Origin: Burkholderiales bacterium
Lineage (GTDB): Bacteria > Pseudomonadota > Gammaproteobacteria > Burkholderiales > Burkholderiaceae_E
Direction: 5' to 3'
DNA: 64,000 nt
NCBI GenBank assembly: GCA_020248665.1
Contig: JADCHE010000036.1
Coordinates: forward strand, 1,996 to 65,995
Position numbers and translations under genes: made by a program. Below the pieces are notes generated by a model that saw only the letters and a program-made list of their open reading frames with translations, searched no databases and was not told the origin of the DNA. Below, one piece after another: positions 1-8,192 of this stretch (positions are counted from its first letter, which is position 1; each line of letters starts with the position of its first letter).

Positions 1-159
1 CTCGGTATGCCAGGGCCGCAGCTCCGGGAGCGTGGTCGAGTACAGCGCGTCGCCGATCGCGACGGCGATCAGTGCACCGGCGACGCTGCTCGCGACGAGC
101 AGCGCGAACCGCAGCACTCGCCGGAACGCGAGGCGGGAGGTCGGAGGTGGAGCGGACAT
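1..159 (-). CDS. partial CDS (5' end only, continues past the left edge); membrane-anchored protein of unknown function
   Basis: ATG (minus) at 157-159 opens a frame that runs off the window: MSAPPPTSRLAFRRVLRFALLVASSVAGALIAVAIGDALYSTTLPELRPWHTE. It has one hydrophobic helix and GC-rich third codon positions. It is too short to appear in the ORF track. Confidence 0.3.
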   Translation of the reverse strand, partial: MSAPPPTSRLAFRRVLRFALLVASSVAGALIAVAIGDALYSTTLPELRPWHTE

Positions 160-317
160 GACCCGTATTGTCGCGCCCCTCGCGCCGACAGGGTCCCCGA
201 ACCCGTTCCGGCGAACGAGATGGACGTCGACCCTCGCGTAAGATCGAGGCGTCCCGGCTCGCGCGCCTGCCGGCGCGACGACCGCCGTCGCGCGCCCTCC
301 ACGTTCCCCGCCGATCG

Positions 318-809
318 ATGACGACCCCTTCCCCCGCCCCGCGACGCTCCGCCGAGGAGCAGGCGAAGCTCGAGGCCGGCTTCAAGGCGCTCTTCGAGCG
401 CGGCATCCCGTTCAACCAGGTGCTCGGCATCGAGGTGGTGTCGACCGATCCCGCGAACCCCAGGTTCCGGTTCCGGATGCGCCCGGAGCTGGTCGGCGCG
501 GCGTCGCACGGCCAGCTGCACGGCGGCGTCACCGCGTCGGTGCTCGACGTGATGGCCGGTTTCGCGCTGATGCTCGCGATCGCCGAGAAGCACGCGCACG
601 AACCGGCCGCACAGCTGATGCCGCGCTTCCAACGGATGGGTACCCTCGACCTGCGGATCGACTACCTGCGTCGTGGCATCGGCGCCTGGTTCGAGGCGGG
701 CGCGACCGTCACGCGGCTGGGCGGTCGCATCGGCTCGACGCAGATGACCCTGCACGCCGACGACGGCACGCTGATCGCGACCGGCGCGGCCTCGTTCGTG
801 ATCGGCTGA
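318..809 (+). CDS. PaaI/YigI-type hotdog-fold acyl-CoA thioesterase
   Basis: Motif HGQLHGGVTASVLDVMAGFAL and the overall length are typical of PaaI-family thioesterases. I chose the ATG at 318 over the Arg/Pro-rich upstream extension of ORF 168..809. Confidence 0.8.
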   Translation: MTTPSPAPRRSAEEQAKLEAGFKALFERGIPFNQVLGIEVVSTDPANPRFRFRMRPELVGAASHGQLHGGVTASVLDVMAGFALMLAIAEKHAHEPAAQLMPRFQRMGTLDLRIDYLRRGIGAWFEAGATVTRLGGRIGSTQMTLHADDGTLIATGAASFVIG

Positions 810-885
810 CCCACCCCGGTCCGACGTCCCCGTCCCGTTGTCCGCGTCCGCGCTTGCACGCGCGGCGACCGTCGGGGCACAATGC

Positions 886-1335
886 ATGCATATGCACGCA
901 TTGCGTCCCGACCCCACCCCCGACGCCCGCTGTACCTGCCTGCTGCTGCGCCGGGCCGCGCGCCGCGTCTCGCAGCGCTACGACGAGCACCTGCGCCCCG
1001 CGGGCCTGAAGACCACGCAGTTCTCGCTGCTCGCGCAGCTGCGCCACGCCGACGGTCTCGCGATCGGCGAGCTCGCCGAGCGGATGTCCATGGACCGCAC
1101 GACGCTCACCCGCAACCTCGGACCCCTGGTCTCGGCGGGTTGGGTCGCGCAGCGCCCCGACGCCGCCGACCGCCGCCGTATGCGGCTCGCGCTCACCGAC
1201 GACGGCCGGCGCACGCTGCGCGAGGCCGCGCCGCGTTGGCGCGAGGCGCAGCGCGCGCTGCGCGAGCAGCTCGGAGCGGCACGGGTCGGCGCACTGCACG
1301 CCGCGATCGACGCGACCCTGGAGCACCTCGGATGA
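886..1335 (+). CDS. MarR-family transcriptional regulator
   Basis: Winged-HTH region LKTTQFSLLAQLRHADGLAIGELAERMSMDRTTLTRNLGPLVSAGWV...DRRRMRLALTDDGR is typical MarR. The start is uncertain (ATG at 886 or 892; ORF track TTG at 838). The stop overlaps the next gene's start (ATGA). Confidence 0.8.
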   Translation: MHMHALRPDPTPDARCTCLLLRRAARRVSQRYDEHLRPAGLKTTQFSLLAQLRHADGLAIGELAERMSMDRTTLTRNLGPLVSAGWVAQRPDAADRRRMRLALTDDGRRTLREAAPRWREAQRALREQLGAARVGALHAAIDATLEHLG

Positions 1336-2552
1336 CGGCCCGCTCCGCCCCGCTGCCCTGGCTCGCGATCGTGCTCTGCGCGGCGGGCCTGTTCGCCGCC
1401 TCGATGGGCGTGCGCCAGTCGCTGCCGCTGTTCCTCGGCACCCTGAACACGCAGACCGGGCTCGGCATCGCAGCGATCAGCCTCGCGTTCGCGGTCGGGC
1501 AGCTGATGTGGGGCGTGACCCAGCCGATCGCGGGCGCCTGCGCCGACCGCTTCGGACCGGGCCGCGTGATGCTGGCGGGCGGCGTCGCGATCGCGCTCGG
1601 CACCGCGCTGATCCCGTACGCGGGCACGCTGCCGATGCTGATGCTGACCATCGGCGTGCTGGGCGCCGGCGGCGCCGGCGCGCTCGGCCCCTCGGTGCTG
1701 ATGGGCGCGGTCGCGCGCCGTATCGACCCGGCGCGCCGCGGCATGGCGACCGGCATCGTCGGCGCCGGCGGCTCGTTCGGCCAGTTCGCGATCATCCCGC
1801 TCGCGCAGTGGATGATCGGCGGGTTCGGCTGGGTGCAGGCGCTCTGGGGCCTGTCGCTGCTCACGCTGCTCGCGCTGCCGATGATCCTCGCGCTGCGCGT
1901 GCCGGCGGGCGAGGCGGACAGCGCCGCCGCGAGCGGCGCGACGATGGGCGAGGCGGTCCGCGGCGCGTTCCGCGACCGGAGCTTCCTGCTGCTGTCGGCG
2001 GGGTTCTTCGTCTGCGGCTTCCACGTCGCGTTCATCGCCACCCACCTGCCCGGGGTGGTTGCGGCCTGCGGGCTGCCGCCCTCGATCGGCGCCTGGGCGC
2101 TCGCGATCGTCGGCCTCTTCAACATCGCGGGCAGCGTCGCGATCGGCTGGGCGGTCGGCCACTGGCGGATGAAGTCGCTGCTGTCGCTGATCTACGCGAC
2201 CCGCGCCGTCGCCGTCCTCGCCTTCGTGCTCGCGCCCAAGACCGAGGCCGTGGTGCTCGTCTTCGCCGCGGTGATCGGCTTCACCTACCTGTCGACGGTA
2301 CCACCGACCGCGGGCCTGGTCGCGAAGCTGCACGGCGCGCGCTACATGGCGACCCTCTTCGGGCTCGTGATGCTCAGCCACCAGGTCGGGGGCTTCCTCG
2401 GCGCATGGCTCGGCGGCAAGGCCTTCGAGTCGACCGGCTCGTACGACTGGATGTGGTGGATCGACATCGCGCTCGCCATCGGCGCGGCGCTGCTGCACCT
2501 GCCGATCCGCGAGGCGCGGATCGTGCCCCGCGCCGCGGCCGCGCCGGCCTGA
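1332..2552 (+). CDS. MFS transporter
   Basis: About 12 predicted hydrophobic helices from MTARSAPLPWLAIVLCAAGLF onward. ATG at 1332 is translationally coupled to marR. The upstream part of ORF 882..2552 is Arg/Pro-rich junk overlapping marR. Confidence 0.8.
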   Translation: MTARSAPLPWLAIVLCAAGLFAASMGVRQSLPLFLGTLNTQTGLGIAAISLAFAVGQLMWGVTQPIAGACADRFGPGRVMLAGGVAIALGTALIPYAGTLPMLMLTIGVLGAGGAGALGPSVLMGAVARRIDPARRGMATGIVGAGGSFGQFAIIPLAQWMIGGFGWVQALWGLSLLTLLALPMILALRVPAGEADSAAASGATMGEAVRGAFRDRSFLLLSAGFFVCGFHVAFIATHLPGVVAACGLPPSIGAWALAIVGLFNIAGSVAIGWAVGHWRMKSLLSLIYATRAVAVLAFVLAPKTEAVVLVFAAVIGFTYLSTVPPTAGLVAKLHGARYMATLFGLVMLSHQVGGFLGAWLGGKAFESTGSYDWMWWIDIALAIGAALLHLPIREARIVPRAAAAPA

Positions 2553-2618
2553 GCCCGGCTGGCGCAGCCTGCCGGCGCCGCGCCCGATCGGCTATCCTCG
2601 CCTGCTCCGGGAGGACGG

Positions 2619-3026
2619 ATGATGATGCTGTCGAGCTTCGACGACCTGCTTCGCGCCGCACGCGCGCAGCCCGAGCGGCAGCGGCTGCTGCTCGTGTTCG
2701 CCGCGATCGGCCTGTCGGACGACGCCCCGCCCGAGCGGCGCGCGGCCTTCGAGTCGGGTCAGGGCGGCGAACTGACCCCGGTGATGTGCGTCGACAAGTC
2801 GCCCGGCGAGCTCGCGGACTTCGCGTCGCTCGCCGCGACCGCCGACTCGACCGGCCAGGACTGGGGCGTGGTGTTCGTCACGGCGATGTCCGGGCAGGGC
2901 GGCGCCGACCCCGACGCGACCGAGGTCGAAAGCGCGCTGCGACGGATGATCGATGCGATCGGCAACGGGCACCCCGGCCCCTGGGCCCCCTTCGACCGGA
3001 ACGGCCGGCCGCTTCGGCTCGCCTGA
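2619..3026 (+). CDS. conserved hypothetical protein (small, acidic)
   Basis: ATG is preceded by GGGAGGACGG. The composition is non-junk (MMMLSSFDDLLRAARAQPERQRLLLVFAAIGL...). I recognise no domain. Confidence 0.55.
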   Translation: MMMLSSFDDLLRAARAQPERQRLLLVFAAIGLSDDAPPERRAAFESGQGGELTPVMCVDKSPGELADFASLAATADSTGQDWGVVFVTAMSGQGGADPDATEVESALRRMIDAIGNGHPGPWAPFDRNGRPLRLA

Positions 3027-3136
3027 CGCCGCGCCTCCCGCAGGGCGTCGGCGCCGCCGCGGCGGGGACGAAGCGTCGCCGCGGCGCGACCGCCGCAGGC
3101 TCATCGGGCGAGCCGGCGGTGTGGCATCCTCGAGCG

Positions 3137-4513
3137 ATGACCGAGCGCCGCTATGCCTTCGTCGACCTGGAGACCTCCGGCGTGTCGCCGGCGGACGACC
3201 GCATCACCGAGGTCGGCATCGTGCTCGTCGACGGCGATGCGCTCGTCGAGGAGTGGTCTTCGCTGGTCGACCCGGGCGTGCCGATCCCGCCCGAGATCCA
3301 GGCGCTCACCGGCATCACCAACGAGATGGTGCGCGGCGCACCGCGCTTCGCCGACCTGATGCCAGAGGTCGCTGCGCGGCTCACGGGCCGAGTCTTCGTC
3401 GCGCACAACGCGCGCTTCGACTACGGTTTCCTGAAGGCCGAATTCCGCCGCGCCGGCGAGCGCTTCACCGCGGACGTGCTGTGCACCGTGCGCCTGTCGC
3501 GCCGGCTCTTCCCGCAGTACGGCTCGCACCGCCTCGACGCGCTGATCGAGCGCCATCGCCTGCCCGCCGCGGACCGGCACCGCGCGCTCGGCGATGCCCG
3601 CGTGATCCGTGCGTTCCTGCAGGCGCTCGCGCGCGACGCCGACCCCGACGAGACCGAACGCGCGGTGCGCGAGCTGCTGCGCCAGCCGGCCACGCCCCCG
3701 CACCTCGACGCGGCGCGCCTCGAGGCCCTGCCCGAGTCGCCCGGGGTCTACACCTTCGTCGGCGCGAGCGGCCAGCCGCTCTACGTCGGCAAGGCGCGCA
3801 ACCTGCGCGAGCGCGTGCGCGGCCACTTCTACGCCGACAGCCGCAACGCCAACGACGCGCGCATCGTCGCCGAAGTCCGCGACATCGAGGTGGAGGCCAC
3901 CGCCGGCGAGTTCGGCGCCCTTCTGCTCGAGATGCGGCGGATCAAGGGCTGCGCGCCGCTTCACAACGTCGCGCTGCGCCGCCGCGAGACCGTCTGCTTC
4001 CTGCGCGCGCAGGCGCCCGGCCGGCCGCCCCGGATCGTCCCGCTCGACGACCTCGCCGAACGCGACCCGTTGTCCGAACCCGAGCTCTACGGCCCGTTCG
4101 GCTCGCGCGCGAGCGCCCGCGCGGCACTGTCGGCGCTCGGGCGCGAGCACCGCTTGTGCGACCGCGGTCTCGGCCTCTGGGCGCGCGAGGGCGCCTGTTT
4201 CTCGCGCCAGGTGCGCCGCTGCGACGGGCTGTGCGCCGGCGAGGAACCCGCCGAGGCCCACCACGCCCGGCTGCGCGTCGCGCTCGAGCCGCTGCGCTTT
4301 CCGCGCTGGCCCTTCGACGGCCCGGTCGCGATGCACGAACGCGACCCCGAATCCGGCCGCAGCGACCGCCTGCTCTTCGATCGCTGGCGGGCACTCGGCC
4401 CCGACGGCCCCGCGCCCTTCGACCCCGACGTGTTCAAGCTGCTCCGGCGGCGCATGCAGCGCGCACCCGACGCGTTCGAGCCGCTCGCGCCCGGCGTGGC
4501 GCGCGCCGCCTGA
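3137..4513 (+). CDS. DnaQ-like 3'-5' exonuclease fused to a GIY-YIG (UvrC/Cho-like) nuclease domain
   Basis: N-terminus: FVDLETSGVSPADDRITEVG (Exo I), FVAHNARFDYGFL (Exo II), HRALGDARV (Exo III). Then GVYTFVGASGQPLYVGKARNLRERVRGHF (GIY-YIG). ATG at 3137 lies within long ORF 1508..4513. Confidence 0.85.
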   Translation: MTERRYAFVDLETSGVSPADDRITEVGIVLVDGDALVEEWSSLVDPGVPIPPEIQALTGITNEMVRGAPRFADLMPEVAARLTGRVFVAHNARFDYGFLKAEFRRAGERFTADVLCTVRLSRRLFPQYGSHRLDALIERHRLPAADRHRALGDARVIRAFLQALARDADPDETERAVRELLRQPATPPHLDAARLEALPESPGVYTFVGASGQPLYVGKARNLRERVRGHFYADSRNANDARIVAEVRDIEVEATAGEFGALLLEMRRIKGCAPLHNVALRRRETVCFLRAQAPGRPPRIVPLDDLAERDPLSEPELYGPFGSRASARAALSALGREHRLCDRGLGLWAREGACFSRQVRRCDGLCAGEEPAEAHHARLRVALEPLRFPRWPFDGPVAMHERDPESGRSDRLLFDRWRALGPDGPAPFDPDVFKLLRRRMQRAPDAFEPLAPGVARAA

Positions 4514-4565
4514 CGCTCCAGAGGCTCGCGCCGCGCATGCGCGGCACCATGAACGCCTCGCGCGC

Positions 4566-4596
4566 TTGCAGGCACTGTGAACGGGCGTGCTAGATT
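4566..4596 (+). promoter_or_regulatory. candidate sigma70 promoter of the ABC-transporter operon
   Basis: TTGCAG (4566-4571), 19 nt, TAGATT (4591-4596). The spacer is slightly long. If this promoter is real, the permease probably starts at TTG 4636 rather than ATG 4597. Confidence 0.3.
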
Positions 4597-5511
4597 ATGC
4601 GGCCGGAGACAAGGCCGACCTTACAAGAGACGAACTTGCAGTTCCTCCAACTGGTCATCAGCGGGGTCGCGCAGGGCTGCATCTATGGCCTCATCGCACT
4701 GGGGTTCGTGCTGATCTACAAGGCGACGGAGACCGTCAGCTTCGTGCAGGGCGACCTGATGATGCTCGGCGCGTTCGGCGGGCTCGTCGCGATGACGATG
4801 CTCGGCTTCCCGTTCTGGATAGCGGTGATCGCCTCGATCGCGGCCATGGGACTGTTCGGCCTCGTCGTCGAGCGGCTGGTGATCCGCCCGATCCTCGGCC
4901 AACCGCAGTTCACGATCGTGATGCTGACGATCGGCATCGGCTACATCGTCCGCGGCCTGGTCACGATGGTGCCCGGCATCGGCACGGACACGCACACGCT
5001 GCCGGTGCCCTACAAGGACGTGGTGCTGAAGGCCGGCGGGCTGGTCGTGTCGGTCGAGCAGGTGGTCGTGATCGCCGCGACCGCCGTGCTGTGCGCGCTG
5101 CTGTACGGCGTGTTCCGCTACTCGACGGTCGGCATCGCGATGCAGGCGTCCTCGCAGAACCAGCTGGCCGCGTACTACATGGGCATCCCGGTGCGCCGGC
5201 TGAACGGCCTCGTCTGGGCGCTCGCCGCGGCGGTCGCCGCGGTCGCCGGCCTGCTGCTCGCGCCGATCACCTTCGTGCACGTGAACATGGGCTTCATCGG
5301 CCTGAAAGCCTTCCCCGCCGCGGTCGTCGGCGGCTTCGGCAGCCTGCCCGGCGCGATCGTCGGCGGGCTGATCATCGGCGTCGTCGAATCGCTCGCGGGC
5401 TTCTACCTGCCCACCGGCTTCAAGGACATCGCGCCCTACATCGTCGTGCTGGCGATGCTCTGGTTCAAGCCGAACGGCCTGTTCGGCGAGAAGCTGCGCA
5501 AGAAGGTCTAG
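4597..5511 (+). CDS. branched-chain amino acid-type ABC transporter permease (LivH family)
   Basis: LQLVISGVAQGCIYGLIALGFVLIYKAT is a typical LivH N-terminus, and the protein is multi-helix. The start could instead be TTG 4636 (MQFLQLV...). Confidence 0.85.
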   Translation: MRPETRPTLQETNLQFLQLVISGVAQGCIYGLIALGFVLIYKATETVSFVQGDLMMLGAFGGLVAMTMLGFPFWIAVIASIAAMGLFGLVVERLVIRPILGQPQFTIVMLTIGIGYIVRGLVTMVPGIGTDTHTLPVPYKDVVLKAGGLVVSVEQVVVIAATAVLCALLYGVFRYSTVGIAMQASSQNQLAAYYMGIPVRRLNGLVWALAAAVAAVAGLLLAPITFVHVNMGFIGLKAFPAAVVGGFGSLPGAIVGGLIIGVVESLAGFYLPTGFKDIAPYIVVLAMLWFKPNGLFGEKLRKKV

Positions 5512-5521
5512 GGCCACGACG

Positions 5522-6598
5522 ATGCGCTTCCTCTTCAAGACGTCCTACGACCAGGATATCGTCCTCTTCAAGCACGAGGGCCACCGGCTCTGGTACGGGC
5601 TGCTGATCGCCGCGCTGATCGTGGCGCCCTGGGCGATCGCCGAGTACTGGCTCGCTCAGCTCTCGTTCGTGCTGATCTACTCGATCGTCGGCCTCGGCCT
5701 GATGCTGCTCGCCGGGTTCACCGGGCAGGTCTCGATCGGCCACGCAGCCTTCCTCGGCGTCGGGGCCTACACGCAGGCCTACCTGACCAACCTCGGCGTG
5801 CCCTTCCCGATCGCTCTCGTGGTGGCGACGCTCCTGTCGGCGGGCGTGGGCGTCGTCGTCGGCGTGCCGGCGCTGCGCGTCAAGGGCATCTATCTCGGGA
5901 TCGCGACGCTCGCGTTCGGCTTCATCGTCGAGGAGGTGTTCGCGCGCTGGGAGAGCGTGACCGGCGGCAACGCCGGCATCCACGTGAAGGCGCCGAACGT
6001 CTTCGGCTGGAAGCTCTCGTCCGACACCGAGTTCTACTACCTGTGCCTGGTCCTGTGCATCGCGGTGACGATCGGCGTGCTGAACCTGCTGCGCTCGCCC
6101 ACGGGCCGCGCGTTCGTCGCGATCCGCGACTCCGAGATCTCGGCGCAGTCGATGGGCATCAACCTCGCGTACTACAAGGGCCTGTCGTTCGCGCTGTCGG
6201 CCGCGATGGCCGGGATCGCGGGCGCCCTCTACGCGCACAAGATGCAGTTCCTGTCGCCCGACCAGTTCAGCCTGATCCAGTCGGTCGACCTGCTGCTGCT
6301 GGTCGTCGTCGGCGGCCTGGGCTTCGTGCACGGCGCCTTCCTCGGCGCGATCTTCCTGATCACGATGCCGCAGCTGATCGCCCTCGGCAAGGCCCTGCTG
6401 CCGCCGGCGATCGGGGGCGCCGCCGGCCTGCAGGCAGTGGTCTACGGCATCGTGCTGGTGGTATTCGTGCTGTTCGAGCCGATGGGCCTGTACGGCCGCT
6501 GGCTCAAGATCCGGACCTGGTTCCAGCTGTTCCCGTTCTACCGCAAGGGCATGTTCAGGCGGCAGAAGAGCTTCACCAAGTCGGACCGCCTCAAGTGA
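5522..6598 (+). CDS. branched-chain amino acid-type ABC transporter permease (LivM family)
   Basis: GQVSIGHAAFLGVGAYT and the hydrophobic profile are typical of LivM. It lies in an operon with the LivH/G/F homologues. Confidence 0.85.
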   Translation: MRFLFKTSYDQDIVLFKHEGHRLWYGLLIAALIVAPWAIAEYWLAQLSFVLIYSIVGLGLMLLAGFTGQVSIGHAAFLGVGAYTQAYLTNLGVPFPIALVVATLLSAGVGVVVGVPALRVKGIYLGIATLAFGFIVEEVFARWESVTGGNAGIHVKAPNVFGWKLSSDTEFYYLCLVLCIAVTIGVLNLLRSPTGRAFVAIRDSEISAQSMGINLAYYKGLSFALSAAMAGIAGALYAHKMQFLSPDQFSLIQSVDLLLLVVVGGLGFVHGAFLGAIFLITMPQLIALGKALLPPAIGGAAGLQAVVYGIVLVVFVLFEPMGLYGRWLKIRTWFQLFPFYRKGMFRRQKSFTKSDRLK

Positions 6599-7416
6599 GC
6601 GCCACCCCCCTGCTCTCGGCCCGCGACCTGCAGGTCCGCTTCGGCGGCGTGCTCGCGGTCAACAAGGTCAGCTTCGATGTCCAGCGCGGCGAGGTCTTCA
6701 CGATCATCGGCCCGAACGGCGCCGGCAAGACCACCGTCTTCAACCTGATCAGCCGCATCTACGTGCCGACCGCGGGCTCGATCGAGTTCGAGGGCCAGAA
6801 GCTGTCCGAGGTGCCGCCCTACCGCGTCGCCGAGATGGGCATCGCGCGCACGTTCCAGAACATCGAGCTGTTCGAGTACGCGACGGTGCTGCAGAACCTG
6901 CTGATCGGCCACCACGTGCACCGCAGGACCGGCTTCTGGAGCGAGCTGCTGTTCACGCCGGCCGCACGCCGCGCCGAAGCCGAGGCGCGCGAGGAGGCCG
7001 AGCGGGTCATCGAGTTCCTTGACCTGCAGCACCACCGCGACTCGCTGGTCGCCGGCCTGCCCTACGGCGTGCGCAAGGTCGTCGAGCTCGCCCGCGCGCT
7101 GTGCAGCAAGCCCAAGCTGCTGCTGCTCGACGAGCCCTCCTCGGGCCTGAACGTCGAGGAGACCGACGACATGGTGTTCTGGATCCAGGACATCAAGCAC
7201 GAGCTCGGCATCACCGTGCTGATGGTCGAGCACGACATGTCGCTCGTCTCGCGCGCCTCCGACCGCGTGCTCGCGATGGCGCAGGGCGAGCCGCTCGCGA
7301 TCGGCACCCCGCGCGAGGTGCAGTCCGACCCGCGCGTGATCGAGGCCTACCTCGGCGCGGCCGAGGACATGTCCTTCCTGCGCCGCGCCGAGCCGTTCCA
7401 GAGGAACCGGGCATGA
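6595..7416 (+). CDS. ABC transporter ATP-binding protein (LivG family)
   Basis: Walker A GPNGAGKTT, signature SSGLN.., Walker B LLLLDEP. GTG at 6595 overlaps the preceding stop (GTGA). Confidence 0.85.
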   Translation: MSATPLLSARDLQVRFGGVLAVNKVSFDVQRGEVFTIIGPNGAGKTTVFNLISRIYVPTAGSIEFEGQKLSEVPPYRVAEMGIARTFQNIELFEYATVLQNLLIGHHVHRRTGFWSELLFTPAARRAEAEAREEAERVIEFLDLQHHRDSLVAGLPYGVRKVVELARALCSKPKLLLLDEPSSGLNVEETDDMVFWIQDIKHELGITVLMVEHDMSLVSRASDRVLAMAQGEPLAIGTPREVQSDPRVIEAYLGAAEDMSFLRRAEPFQRNRA

Positions 7417-8192
7417 GCGCAGACAAGCCGATCCTCAAGCTCGCCAACGTCGAGAGCGCCTACGGCCCGATCAAGGCGATCCGGGGCGTGAGCCTCGAGG
7501 TCTCGCCCGGCGAGATCGCGACCGTGCTCGGCTCCAACGGTGCAGGCAAGACCACGATCCTGAAGACGATCTCCGGCATCATCGACCCGCGCCGCGGCTC
7601 GATCGAGTTCAAGGGCGAGCCGATCACCGCGATGGACCCGGCGCTCGTCGTGCAGCGCGGGCTGTCCCACGTACCCGAGGGGCGCGAAGTGTTCCCGCTG
7701 CTGTCGGTGCGCGACAACCTGCTGATGGGTGCCTACACCCGCAAGGACCGCGACCAGGTCGCGCGCGACATGGAGACGGTGTTCGGCTATTTCCCGATCC
7801 TCAAGGAGCGGGCGACCCAGGACGCCGGCCTGCTGTCGGGCGGCCAGCAGCAGATGCTCTCGATCTCGCGCGCGATCATGGCCGCCCCCGACCTGATCCT
7901 GCTCGACGAGCCGAGCCTCGGCCTGTCGCCGCGCCTGACCAAGGAGATCTTCGAGATCATCGTCCGCATCAACCGCGAGCGCGGCACCTCAATGCTGCTG
8001 GTCGAGCAGAACGCGAACATGGCGCTGAACGCTGCCGACTTCGGTTACGTGCTCGAGAACGGACGGATCGTCATGGAGGACACCTGCGCCGCCCTTCGCG
8101 AGAAGGACGACATCAAGGAGTTCTATCTCGGCATGAAGGAACAGGGCGCGCGCGGCGAGCGTCGCTGGAAGAAGAAGAAGACCTGGCGATGA
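7413..8192 (+). CDS. ABC transporter ATP-binding protein (LivF family)
   Basis: Walker A GSNGAGKTT, signature LSGGQQQML, Walker B LILLDEPS. ATG at 7413 overlaps the livG-like stop. Confidence 0.85.
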   Translation: MSADKPILKLANVESAYGPIKAIRGVSLEVSPGEIATVLGSNGAGKTTILKTISGIIDPRRGSIEFKGEPITAMDPALVVQRGLSHVPEGREVFPLLSVRDNLLMGAYTRKDRDQVARDMETVFGYFPILKERATQDAGLLSGGQQQMLSISRAIMAAPDLILLDEPSLGLSPRLTKEIFEIIVRINRERGTSMLLVEQNANMALNAADFGYVLENGRIVMEDTCAALREKDDIKEFYLGMKEQGARGERRWKKKKTWR

